A DNA stretch of 64,000 bases from positions 61,754,001 through 61,818,000 of the forward strand of contig CM059432.1 of assembly GCA_030390025.1 (NCBI GenBank), written 5' to 3'. Origin of the DNA: Squalus acanthias (lineage: Eukaryota). The position numbers were made by a program, and so were the translations under genes. Under the pieces are notes generated by a model. That model was not told the DNA's origin. It was given only the letters and a program-made list of their open reading frames with translations, and ran no database searches. Below, in pieces: positions 12,412-24,217 of the stretch (positions are counted from its first letter, which is position 1; every line of letters begins with the position of its first letter).

Positions 12412-14124
12412 GGAAAAAAGCAGGAAATTAAACAGATTTTAAAGTAAGTTTAGGGCTGGGAAAAGGGGGAGGGGATGAAAGAACAAAAGGGAAGGTCAAT
12501 GGTAGGATAGAAAGCAGGAGAGATTAAGAGACATTGAGAGACATTAAGAGATATTCAAGGCAAGAGGAGGTGGAAATGGGACAGGTTGAGGAACAAAGGA
12601 TGGCTCTAGATGAAGTGTGAACTGCGCTGGCAGAATGGAGGACAGCTGCCAGCTTCTGGGAGGGAAGAAAAAAAAGGCCAAACAAAAGTGTGGATAAAAA
12701 AATAAAATAAAAAAATATATATATATATGTGATAGGGGCCGAGGTTATGATCTGAAATTGTTGAACTCTATGTTGAGTCCAGAGGGCTGTAGAGTGCCTA
12801 ATCGAAAGATGAGGTGCTGTTCCTCGAGTTTACGTTGAGCTTCCGTGGAACAATGCAAGAGGCCGAGGACAGTGAGGTCTGAGTGGGAATGGAGCGGTGA
12901 ATTAAAGTGACAGGCCACCAGGGAGCTCGGGGTCCCCCTTACGGACTGAACGGAGGTGTTCCGCAAAGCGGTCACCCAATCTGCGTTTGGTCTCCCCAAT
13001 GTAGAGGAGACCACATCGTGAGCAGCGAATACAGTGTACTAAATTGCAGGAAGTACAAGTAAATCGCTGTTTCACCTGGAAGGGGTATTTGGGGCCCTGG
13101 ACATTGGGAAGAGGGGAGGTATAAGGGCATGTGTTGCATCTCCTGCGCTTACACGGGAAGGTGGCGGGTGAAGGGGAAGGGGTGCTGGGGGTGGTAGAGG
13201 AGTGGACTAGGGTGTCGCGGAGGGAGCGGTCCCTGCGGAATGCTGAAAGGGGAGGTGAGGGGAAGATGCGTTTGGTGGTGGGATCACGCTGGAGGTGGTG
13301 GAAATGGCGGAAGATGATCCGTTGAATGTGGAGGCTGGTGGGGTGAAAGGTGAGGACAAGGGGAACTCTATCGTGGTTCCGGGAGGGAGGGGCAGGGGTG
13401 AGGGCGGAAGTGCGGGAGATAGAGCGGACACGGTCGAGGGCCGTGTCAACCACAGTAGAGGGGAATCCTCGGTTGAGGAAAACGGAAGACATGCCGGAAG
13501 CACTGGTATGGAAGGTGTCATCGTCAGAGCAGATGCGGCAGAGATGGAGAAACTGGGAGAATGGAATAGAGTCCTTACAGGAGGTGGGGTGGGAGGACGT
13601 GTAGTCCAGGTAGCTGTGGGAGTCAGTGGGCTTGTAGTGAATGATTGTCAATAACCTATCCCCAGAGATGGAGACGGAGAAGTCGAGGAAGGGAAGAGAA
13701 GAGTCGGAGATGGACCATGTGAACATAAGAACATAAGAACATAAGAAATAGGAGCAGGAGTAGGCCAATCGGCCCCTCGAGCCTGCTCCGCCATTCAATA
13801 AGATCATGGCTGATCTGATCCTAACCGCCAATCTACTATCTATCACAGAACCATCTCCTGCATCTAACAGAATTGCACACACGAAATAGGAGCAGAATCA
13901 GGCTACACAGTCCCTGGGCCCGCTCCACTACCCACAGGGCCATGACCGGATCCGAACCTAGACTCATGTCCAAATTCCTGCCCGCTCCCCGTAACCCTTA
14001 ATGCCCTTTACTTCTAGGAAACTGTCTATTTCTGTTTTAAATTTATTTAATGATGTAGCTTCTACAGCTTTTTGTGGCAGCATATTCCATGGACCTACCA
14101 CCCTCTGAGTGAAGTAGTTCCTCC

Positions 14125-15978
14125 TCATCTCAGTTTTGAAAGAACAGCCCCTATTCTAAGACTATGTCCCCTAGTTCTAGTCTCACCCATCATCGGGAAC
14201 ATCCTCCCCGCATCCACCCGATCCAACCCCTTCACAATCTTATATGTTTCAATAAGATCGCCTCTCATTCTTCTGAACTCCAATGAGTAGAGTCCCAATC
14301 TACCCAACCTCTCCTCATATGACCACCCCCTCATCCCCGGGATTAACCGAGTGAACCTTTTTTGCACTGCCTCGAGAGCAAGGATGTCTTTCCTTAAGTA
14401 AGGACACCAAAACTGTATGCAGTATTCCAGGTGCGGTCTCACCAATACCTTGTACAACTGAAGCAATACCTCCCTATTTTTATATTCTATCCCCCTAGCA
14501 ATGAAAGCCAACATTCCATTTGCCTTCTTAATCACTTGCTGCACCTGCATACTAACCTTTTGAGTTTCGTGCACCAGGACCCCCAGATCCCTTTGCACTT
14601 CAGTACTCTCCAGTTTCTTGCCATTAAGATAATAAATTGCTCTAGGATTTTTCCTGCCAAAGTGCATCACCTCACACTTTCCAGTGTTGTATTCCATCTG
14701 CCAAATCTCTGCCCACTTACTTAGCCTGTCTATGTCCCCTTGCAGGTTTTTTATATCCTCCTCACTCACTACTTTCCCTCCCATCTTTGTATCATCTGCA
14801 AATTTTGATATGTTACACTTGGTCCCTTCCTCCAAATCGTTAATATAGATTGTAAAGAGTTGGGGACCCAGCACTGACCCCTGTGGAACACCACTAGTTA
14901 CTGATTGCCAGTCTGAGAATGAACCATTTATCCCAACTCTTTGCTTTCTGTTAGATAGCCAATCCTCTATCCATGCCAGAATATTACCCCCAATCCCGTG
15001 ATTTTTTACCTTAAGCAATAATCTTTTGTGTGGCACCTTGTCAAATGCCTTTTGGAAGTCTAAATACACTACGTCCACTGGTTCCCCTTTATCCACTCTA
15101 TATGTTACTTCCTCAAAGAACTCCAGCAAATTTGTCAAACATGACTTCCCCTTCGTAAAACCATGCTGACTTTGTCCTATTAAATTATGATTATCCAAAT
15201 GTCCTGTTACTGTTTCCTTAATAATGGACTCCAAAATTTTACCTACCACAGATGTTAGGCTAACCGGTCTATAGTTACCAGCCTTCTGTCGACTGCCCTT
15301 TTTAAATAAGGGTGTTACATTAGCAGTTTTCCAGTCTGCCGGGACCTTAGCGGAATCCAGGGAGTTTTGAAAAATTATTACCAATGCATCTACAATCCCT
15401 ACCGCCACTTCCTTCAAGACTCTAGGATGTAAGCCATCAGGTCCAGGTGATTTATCCGCCTTGAGTCCCATTATTTTACCGAGTACCACTTCCTTAGTGA
15501 TTTTGATCGTGTTTAGCTCCTCTCCCCCTATAGCCCCCTGTTTGTCCAGTGTTGGGATATTCTTAGTGTCCTCTACTGTAAAGACTGATACAAAATATTC
15601 ATTCAGTGTTTTTGCCATCTCCATATTTCCCACCATTAATTTCCCGGTCTCATCCTCTAAGGGACCAACATTTACTTTAGCCACCCTTTTTCTTTTTATA
15701 TAACTATAAAAACTCTTACTATCTGTTTTTATATTTTTTGCTAATTTACTTTCATAATCTATCTTCCCTTTCTTAATCAATCTTTTTGTTATTTTTTGCT
15801 GCCTTTTAAATTTTTCCCAATCTTCTGTCCTCCCACTAGATTTCGCTACCTTATATGCCCTTGTTTTTAGTCGAATACTATCCTTAATTTCTTTACTTAG
15901 CCACGGATGACTATCCTTTCTTTTACACCCTTTTCTTTTCAGTGGAAGTTGTAAAATAACTCCTTGAATGTACACCAC
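14125..15978 (-). pseudogene. CR1 ORF2 reverse transcriptase part (frameshifted from the endonuclease part near 15940-15978 and again near 14130)
   Basis: KSPGPDG, NYRPVSLTS, LDFQKAFDKVPH, GVPQGSVLGP, FADDTK. Confidence 0.92.
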
Positions 15979-16898
15979 TGATCATGTGTCGTCTTACCCT
16001 TTAATCTATTTTCCCAATCCACTCTACTCAATTCCGCTCGCATACCTTCATAGTCTCCTTTATTCAAGCTTAGCACGCTTGTTTGAGATCCAACCTTCTC
16101 ACCCTCTAATTGAATATGGAATTCAACCATGTTATGGTCACTCATTCCAAGGGGATCCTTTACTAGGACATTTTTAATTAATCCTGTCTCGTTACACAGG
16201 ACCAGATCTAAGGTTGCTTGCCCCCTGGTCGGTTCAGTTACATACTGCTCAAGAAACCCATCCCTAATACACTCAATGAACTCATCCTCAAGGCAGCCCT
16301 GCCCCATTTGATTTGTCCAATTAATATGATAGTTAAAATCCCCCATAATTATAGATGTTCCCTTATTACATGCCTCAACTATTTCCTGATTGATACTCCG
16401 TCCAACAGAGTTGCAACTGTTCGGAGGCCTATAGACTACGCCCACTAGTGTTTTTTTCCCCTTATTATTCCTTATCTCCACCCAAACTGTTTCATTATCA
16501 TGATTTTTTGACCCAATATCATTACTCTGTATTACAGTGATTCCTTCCTTTATTAACATAGCCACCCCACCTCCCCTTCCTTCCTGCCTGTCCTTCCTGA
16601 TCGTTAAATAACCTGGTATGTTTAATTCCCAGGCATTGTCACCCTGCAGCCATGTTTCTGTAATGGCCACAATATCATAACCATATGTAGTTATTTGTGC
16701 CATTAACTCGTCTATTTTGTTACGAATGCTACGTGCATTCAGATAGAGAACTTTCAAATATGCTTTGTGGCACTTAGTTCCTGCTTTTTCACTTTTTACC
16801 ACTTTACCTTTTACTCCACACACTCTGTCCCTTCCTGCCACGCTCTGATTTGTGATTCCCCTACTGCTACCTATGTCTATGACCCTCTCTGTTGTCAT
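15939..16898 (-). pseudogene. CR1 ORF2 AP-endonuclease part
   Basis: YLNARSIRNK, ITETW, GDFN, LDLVL, SDH motifs. Confidence 0.92.
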
Positions 16899-16936
16899 TT
16901 TTATTTTTTGCTCTCTTGAAACCTCCCCCCCACTAA

Positions 16937-17893
16937 TTAGTTTAAAGCCCTCTCCACAGCCCTAGTTATTCGATTCGCCAGGACACTAGTCCCAGCACTG
17001 GCCAAGTGAAGTCCGTCCCAACGGAACAGCTCTCTCCTGCCCCAGTACTGGTGCCAGTGTCCCAAGAAGCAAAACCCATTTTTCCCACACCAGTCTTTGA
17101 GCCACGCATTCAACTCCCTGATTTTATTTACCCTAGCCAAATTTGCTCGTGGCTCAGGTAGTAATCCAGAGATTATTACCCTCGAGGTTCTGCTTTTTAA
17201 TTTGGCCCCTAGCTGCTCAAACTCCCTCAGCAGAACCTCTTTCCTTGCCCTATCTATGTCATTGGTACCAACATGGACCACGACAACTGGATCCTCCCCC
17301 TCCCACTCCAAGTTTCTCTCCAGCCCAGAGGAGATGTCCTTAACCCTGGCACCGGGCAGGCAACACAGCCTTCGGGACTCTCGCTCTTGGCTGCAAAGAA
17401 CCCTATCTATCCCCCTAATGATACTATCCCCTACCACTACAACATTTGTTTTTACTCCCCCCACTTGAATGGCCCCCCTTACCACGGTGCTGTGGCCAGG
17501 TTGCTCATCCTCCCTGCAGTCCCCGCTCCTATCCACACAGGGAGTAAGAGCCTCGAACCTGTTGGACAAGAGCAAGGGCTGCGGCTCCTCCAACACTGCC
17601 TCCTGGATCCCTGTACTTGCCTCACTCATAGTCACACCTTCCTGTCCCTGACCACGGGCTACTTCTGAATTAATTACTCTAATTGGTGTGACTACCTCCT
17701 GAAACACGGAGTCCAGGTAACTCTCCCCCTCCCTGATGTGTCGCAGTGTTTGAAGCTCGGACTCCAGCTCATCAACACGGAGCCGGAGTTCCTCGAGCAG
17801 CCAAAACTTACTGCAAATGTGTTCACTGTGAACATCAATGGTGTCCACCAGCTCCCACATATTGCAGCAGTAACACATCACCTGCTCTCCCAT
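16937..17893 (-). CDS. CR1 ORF1p: zinc finger / coiled coil + SGNH-type esterase domain (318 aa, open)
   Basis: CxxC start, LRLRVDELESELQTL coiled coil, VVGDSIIRG, VHVGTND and DGLHL blocks typical of esterase-bearing CR1 ORF1. Confidence 0.9.
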   Translation of the reverse strand: MGEQVMCYCCNMWELVDTIDVHSEHICSKFWLLEELRLRVDELESELQTLRHIREGESYLDSVFQEVVTPIRVINSEVARGQGQEGVTMSEASTGIQEAVLEEPQPLLLSNRFEALTPCVDRSGDCREDEQPGHSTVVRGAIQVGGVKTNVVVVGDSIIRGIDRVLCSQERESRRLCCLPGARVKDISSGLERNLEWEGEDPVVVVHVGTNDIDRARKEVLLREFEQLGAKLKSRTSRVIISGLLPEPRANLARVNKIRELNAWLKDWCGKNGFCFLGHWHQYWGRRELFRWDGLHLASAGTSVLANRITRAVERALN

Positions 17894-18107
17894 TCTATGT
17901 AATTAATTAAAAATTTATTATTTACCCTTCAGTTAATTTATGCCAGCAGTCTCCGCTACATCACAGATACCCGAGAAACTATAAACTATAGAATTGAAGT
18001 TTTGTATAAAAAAAAGAGAAATACTCACCAACCAATCACTTACCTGCTTTCTGGTGACGTCACACTTCGATTATTTTTACCTCTCTCCTGCTCTCGGCTT
18101 GGTGAAA

Positions 18108-18406
18108 GCCTACCTGGTCGCTGCCGCCTTTTACCGCCGCCGCCTCGCCGCTGTTGCTCCACCCAGGTCCGCCGCCTCTGTGGGCCTACCTGGTCGCTGC
18201 CGCCTTTTACCGCCGCCGCCTCGCTGCTGTTGCTCCACCCAGGTCCGCCGCCTCTGTGGGCCTACCTGGTTGCTGCTGCCTTTTACCGCCGCCGCCTCGC
18301 CGCTGTTGCTCCACCCAGGTCCGCCGCCTCTGTGGGCCTACCTGGTTGCTGCCGCCTTTTACCGCCGCCGCCTCGCCGCTGTTGCTCCACCCAGGTCCGC
18401 CGCCTC
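18108..18406 (-). repeat. 76-bp GC-rich tandem monomers (4 copies) at the CR1 5' end
   Basis: Units start at 18108, 18184, 18260 and 18336; the last is truncated at the element boundary. Confidence 0.93.
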
Positions 18407-19208
18407 ATAGTCCGTAAGGGGGACCCCGAGCACCCAGTGGCCTGTCACTTTAATTCACCGCTCCATTCCCACTCAGACCTCACTGTCCTCGGCCTCATAG
18501 TGAATGAAATTTTCTAGTTCAGGGCGAGAGCAGGACTGGAACAAAGAGTGTTCCACATATCCCACGAAAAGGCAGGCATAGCTAGGACCCATGCGGGTTC
18601 CCATAGCAACACCTTTGATTTGGAGGAAATGAGTGGACTCAAAGGAGAAGTTGTTCAATGTGAGAACAAGTTCAGCCAGGCGGAGGAGGGTGGTGGTGGA
18701 TGGGGACTGGTTGGGCCTCTGTTCAAGGAAGAAGCGGAGCGCCCACTGGCCATCCTGGTGGGGGATGGAGGTGTAGAGGGATTGTATGTCCGTAGTGAAA
18801 AGGAGGCGGTTGGGGCCGGGAAACTGGAAACTGTTAAAGTGGCGGAGGGCGTCGGAAGAGTCGCGGATGTAGGTGGGAAGAGACTGAACAAGGGGAGAAA
18901 AAAAATAGAGTCGAGATAGGAAGAGATAAGTTCCGTGAATTTCATTCACTATGCTTCCAATTTCCACCCTTCCCTCAACTGCCCATGGTCCATCTCCGAC
19001 TCTTCCCTTCCCTTCCTCGACTTCTCCGTCTCCATCTCTGGGGATAGGTTATTGACAAACATTCACTACAAGCCCACTGACTCCCACAGCTACCTGGACT
19101 ACACTTCCTCCCACCCCGCCTCCTGTAAGGACTCTATTCCATTCTCAGTTTCTCCGTCTCCGCCGCATCTGCTCTGATGATGCCACCTTCCATACCAGTA
19201 CTTCCGAC

Positions 19209-19955
19209 ATGTCTTCCGTTTTCCTCAACCGAGGATTCCCCTCTACTGTGGTTGACACGGCCCTCGACCGTGTCCGTTCTATCTCCCGCACTTCCGCCCT
19301 CACCCCTGCCCCTCCCTCCCGGAACCACGATAGAGTTCCCCTTGTCCTCACCTTTCACCCCACCAGCCTTCACATTCAACGGATCATCTTCCGCCATTTC
19401 CACCACCTCCAGCTTGATCCCACCACCAAACACATCTTCCCCTCACCTCTCCTTTCAGCATTCCGCAGGGACCGCTCCCTCCGCCACCCCCTAGTCCACT
19501 CCTCTACCACCCCCAGCAGCCCTTCCCCTTCGCCCGCCACCTTCTCGTGCAAGCACAGGAGCTGCAACACCTGCCCTTATACCTCCCCTCTTCCCACTGT
19601 CCAGGGCCCCAAATACCCCTTCCAGGTGAAACAGCGATTTACTTGTACTTCCTGCAATTTAGTATATTGTATTCGCTGCTCACGATGTGGTCTCCTCTAC
19701 ATTGGGGAGACCAAACGCAGATTGGGTGACCGCTTTGCAGAACACCTCCGTTCAGTCCGTAAGGGGGACCCCGAGCTCCCGGTGGCCTGTCACTTTAATT
19801 CACCGCTCCATTCCCACTCAGACCTCACTGTCCTCGGCCTCTTGCATTGTTCCACGGAAGCTCAGCATAAGCTCGAGGAACAGCACCTCATCTTTCGATT
19901 AGGCACACTACAGCCCTCTGGACTCAACATAGAGTTCAACAATTTCAGATCATAA
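19209..19955 (+). pseudogene. PLE ORF C-terminal part: RT thumb/linker + GIY-YIG endonuclease
   Basis: CxxxxCxxC linker, LVYCIRCSRCGLLYIGETKR, and a QPSGLN ending typical of Penelope ORFs. Confidence 0.88.
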
Positions 19956-20271
19956 CCCCGGCCCCTATCACTTATATATATTTTTATTTTATTTTTTTAT
20001 CCACACTTTTGTTTGGCCTTTTTTTCTTCCCTCCCAGAAGCTGGCAGCTGTCCTTAATTCTGTCAGTGCAATTCACACTTCATCTAGAGCCATCCTTTGT
20101 TCCTCAACCTGTCCCATTTCCACCTCCTCTTGCCTTGAATATCTCTTAATGTCTCTTAATCTCTCCTGCTTTCTATCCTATCACTGACCTTCCCTTTTGC
20201 TCTTTCATCCCCTCCCCCTTTTCCCAGCCCTAAACTTACTTTAAAATCTATTTCATTTCCTGCTTTTTTCC

Positions 20272-20308
20272 AGTTCTGACGAAAGGTCTTCGACCTGAAA
20301 CGTTAACT
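20272..20308 (+). ncRNA. Minimal hammerhead ribozyme motif in PLE terminus
   Basis: CTGACGA (20276-20282), stem II AGGTC/GACCT, GAAA (20297-20300), palindromic ACGT stem III, stem I AGTT/AACT. Confidence 0.78.
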
Positions 20309-20689
20309 CTGTTTCTCTCTCCACGGATGCTGCCTGGCCTGCTGAGTTTTTCCAGCGTTTTCTGTTGTTATTATAAAATTGGAGTTTTTGATCTTGCTCC
20401 ATCTGCCATCGGGAAGTGAAGAGGGTTGAAAATATACAACAATGAAAGAACTGAAATAAAAATGGGAAAAGGATGAAAATAAAATATCTGTATTGATAAG
20501 AATGCTCAATAATATCCCTCTGTACATGAGAGAGTATCATTATTTGTAATAAGCTACAAAATCTGTTATAAATTAGTCTTTCTTTTTGTAGATTCATGAC
20601 ATCCAATAAGTAACACCTTAATTTGTACTAACTGTGCCAGTTAACTGGAGCTGTTGGTTCCATTATCATAAATCTGTTATTTAAAACTT

Positions 20690-21838
20690 GGCTTTTCAGA
20701 AGGCATTCGATAAGGTGCCACACAAGATTAGGATTGAGGATTAGCTAATGGACAGAAATCAGAGAGTAGGAATAAATGTCTCATTTTCGGGATGGCAGGC
20801 TGTAACTAGTGGGGTGCCACAAGGATCAGTTCTTGGCCTCAGCTATTTACAATCTATATCAACGACATGGATGAAGGGACCGTGTGTAATGTTTCCATGT
20901 TTGCTGACGATACAAAGCTAGGTGGGAAAGTAAGCTGTGAGGAAGACACAAAGAGGCTACAAAGAGATAAAGACCGGTTAAGTGATTGGGCAAAACGTTG
21001 GCAGATGGAGTATAATGTGGCTAAGTGTGAAATTATCCACTTTGGTAGGAAGAATAGAAAAGCAGAATATTTTTTAAAAGGTGAGAGACTAGTAAATGTT
21101 GGTATGCAAAGGGATTTGTGGGTCCTTGTACATGAATCACAGAAAGTTAACATGCAGATACAGCAAGCAATTAGGAAGGCAAATGGTATGTTAGCCTCTA
21201 TTGCAAGGGGGTTGGAGTATAAGAGTAAGGAAGTCTTGCTGCAATTATATATGGCATTGGTGAGACCACACCTGGAGTACTGTGTACAGTTTTGGTCCCC
21301 TTACCTAAGGAAGGATATATTTGCCTTGGAGAGGGTGCAGCAAAGGTTCACTAGATTGATTCCTGGGATGTGAGGGCTGCCTATGAGGAGAGACTGAGCA
21401 GAATGAATCTACATTCTCTGGTGTTTAGAAGAATAGGGGTGATTTCATTGAAACGTATTAAATTCTTAGAGGGCTTGACAGGGTAGATGCCAAGAGGCTG
21501 TTTCCCCTGGCTGGGGAGTCTAGAACTAGGGGTCATAGTCTCAGGATAAGGGGTCAGCCATTTAAGACTGAGATGAGGAGAAATGTCTTCACTCAGAGGG
21601 TTGTGAATCTTTGGAATTCTCTACCCCAGAGGACTGTGGATGGTGAATCATTGACTATATTCAAGACTGAGATTGATAGATTTTTTTTACTAGGGAATCA
21701 AGGGATATGGAGATAGGGTGGAAAAGTGGAGTTGATGTAGAAGTTTAGCCATGATTTTATTGAATGGTGGAGCAGGCTCAAGGGGCATATAGCCTACTCC
21801 TGCTCCTATTTCTTATGTTTTTCTTATGTTCTTATGTT
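20690..21838 (+). mobile_element. 5'-truncated CR1 LINE
   Basis: FQKAFDKVPH remnant, FADDTK and LVRPHLEYCVQFW in ORF 20867-21373; (TTCTTATG)n tail. Confidence 0.92.
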
Positions 21839-23174
21839 TTCAATAATCTCTACTGCCTCCTATTCTTTAAATTTTTAAATAAGAATGCGAAGAATGATTC
21901 AATTGATCTGCAATTTAGGCAGACTAAGATGGGAAGAATTCATTTTCCATAGTATTGGTTTACGTAGTCTTATTAAGAACATCTGTTTCATCTTCAATAC
22001 ACATGTATGTGTTAAGCAATATTTCCACTACTTTATCAGCATTGACAAGGTGATACAGATATATGTGGTCTTTAAAAAAACTATCTTCTCCTATGACTTC
22101 ACAGTAATTTGTTTTTAATTCAAATCGATTAACATAGAATCATTCTATGCAATGAAAAATATAAAACAGTCAATGACACACAGTCCTTCAAGCAACTTCT
22201 GATGTACTAAGTGTGAGGCAATGCATTTTGGCAAAAATTATAACAGCAGTAATTGAAGTAGGTTCGGTGCTATGGAAGAGCAGAGGGACTTGGGGTTACA
22301 AGTTCACAGAACACTGAAGGCAGCAAAAGCAGTTCAGTAAAAAGGAGTTCTGCTACTTGAAAATTTTCAATCAATTCAATTGTTATTGAAACTGGAATTT
22401 TGTTAACATTTTATTGGGTTAAATGTTTTTAAATTTCATTTTTTTAGTCAAACCTCATTTTGGGGTAAAGTAACATTACTGGCAAAATTGAACAGTGGGT
22501 GCTCGAAAACATTTACTGTTTAAATTTAAAGGTTATAATTGAGGTTAATGGAAATCAAAATCGGAAGAGATCAATGTCATCCGTTTTACGCTATCGTCCA
22601 AAGTCAAACTTACCACCCCCCCCTCCCCCCACCCCCACAATGATATTAGTTTGACATTACTCCTGAATAACTTGAGGGGCATAAAAACTGCAGACCAGCT
22701 GCTGCAGTATTGGTTCCTCCTTTTTACTGCCATGCTCCAAATGGAATTCCCGCACTCGGGAGAGAGCTCATTGCATGCATCCTTAGGAAGTACAGAGGAC
22801 TCCATGTGGTGCCAAACCCAAAAAGTGTGAGCCTGTCTCCTGCCAGGGGTCTCGCCACAGGACCTTACTCTGGAACCTGCTTTGCAATGATACCAAAGTT
22901 GCTATATAAATGTGCCATAAGTTATAGTAATTGTGTCTTTAATACAGGATTAACAATGTGAACATTGTAATGTACTTGCCCACACTCTGGGTAATATCTG
23001 ATGGAAATTATATCCCGATAATGTAGTAGTTGAGGTAGAAGCTGCTATTGCCATCAATGGCTACCAGAGGAAGTCATAATGAGCAGCAATAAAATGAAGA
23101 AAACAAAACCTGGAGACATGAGAGGTGTTCAAGGAATACATTTATTGATCCAGTTGGAATGCTATGGGAATCAA

Positions 23175-23690
23175 AATTAGGAAGGATGTTAAGGCCTTAA
23201 AGAGGGTGCAGAAGAGATTTACTAGAATGGTACCAGGGATGCGGGACTTCAATTACATGGAGACTGCAGAAGCTGGGGTCATTCTTAGAGCAGAGAAGGT
23301 TGAGGGGAAATTTAATAGAGGTGAATAAAATCATGAACGGTTTTGATAGAGTAAATAAGGAGAAGCTGTTTCAAGTGGCAGAAGGGTCAGCAACCAAAGG
23401 ACACAGATTGAAGGTGATTGGCAAAAGAACCAGAGGCGAGATGAGAAGAATTTATTTTACACAGCTAGTTGTTATGATCTGGAATGCACTGCCTGAAATG
23501 GTGGTAGAAGCAGATTCAATATTAACTTTCAAAACACAATTAAATAAATACCTGAAGAGGAAAATACTTGCAGGACTATGGGGAAATGGCAGGGGAGTGG
23601 AACTAATTGGATACTCTTTCAAAGAGCCGGCACAGGCACGATTGGCCGAATGGCCTCCTTCTGTGCTGTATCAACCTATGATTCTATATA
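23175..23690 (+). mobile_element. CR1 3' fragment
   Basis: RGNLIEV..GHRLKV..WNALPE in ORF 23300-23758; CR1 3'UTR GGCCGAATGGCCTCCTTCTGTGCTG. Confidence 0.88.
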
Positions 23691-24133
23691 ACCTTTTTAA
23701 AAAACTGCAAATAATAGCACATGAACGCTCAGTGAATTTCCTTTGTCCATTATTTTAATGGAGATATTAAGCCACTTGAAATAGCAGACAAATGAATTCC
23801 ATCTGAATGTTAGGCACTGATTCCCTAATATTTGTACAACATAATTTCAAGGGCAGAGTTTTTTTTGTCATAAAATTATTCAGTCCTTCAAAAAGTACTT
23901 TAGGGTGAAATCCATTAGAACATCTTAAGCATTTTACAGAGTTTTCAGATTGAGAGTAGGAAATTAATATAGCTGTTTTGTCACATTAATCTGTTTAATT
24001 ATGGGCTATCTTTTATTTTGTCTTGCAGAAGATTGTACTTTGTAACAGTGTCGTTGAAGAATTAAGCATTGGAAATGTACAATAAGCTATAGCTAAAACA
24101 TAATTATAAACTATGGTTTCTGTGCCTTCTTAG

Positions 24134-24217
24134 GCCTTCAAGACCTCCTCCTAACATGAATGACACAATGTTCTCCCATTCAGTAATAACCTCAGGAAGC
24201 CCCAGCCCTAACAAGAG
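24134..24217 (+). CDS. DTNA: Alpha-dystrobrevin exon (mammalian exon-10 equivalent): PSRPPPNMNDTMFSHSVITSGSPSPNK
   Basis: TTCTTAG|G...AAGAG|GTAAGT, 84 nt, phase 2-2; resembles recalled human PPRPVTSMNDTLFSHSVPSSGSP. Confidence 0.92.

Larger units (their letters stand above)
13723..18406 (-). mobile_element. Near full-length CR1 LINE (5'UTR monomers, ORF1, ORF2, 3' tail)
   Basis: (TTCTTATG)n-type tail at 13723-13745, ORF2 in two long frames, ORF1 esterase, GC-rich tandem 5'UTR. Confidence 0.95.
12280..20369. mobile_element. Penelope-like element (PLE) inverted composite with 14-bp TSD, containing a CR1 insertion
   Basis: Arms 12311-13722 (-) and about 18985-20372 (+) are near-identical inverted copies; GIY-YIG motif LYIGETKRRLGDRFAEH; RT motif GVAMGTRMGPSYACLF (18473-18967); TSD ATTATAAAATTGGA at 12266-12279 and 20370-20383. 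Confidence 0.92.

Noticed and set aside
12902..13882. 326-aa ORF as a host gene
   Set aside because: Chance fusion of the CR1 3'UTR with the PLE ORF remnant.
16937..17893. Stand-alone GDSL/SGNH lipase gene or horizontal transfer
   Set aside because: It is ORF1 of the CR1; esterase domains in CR1 ORF1 are established.
17895..18042. Intron in the CR1 5'UTR (minus-strand CAG|GTAAGT ... CATAG|AATG)
   Set aside because: Motifs are present, but the acceptor lacks a pyrimidine tract and there is no spliced copy in the window to support it.
17994..18517. Repetitive Arg/Pro/Cys-rich ORFs in three frames
   Set aside because: Artefact of the 76-bp stop-free GC tandem repeat.
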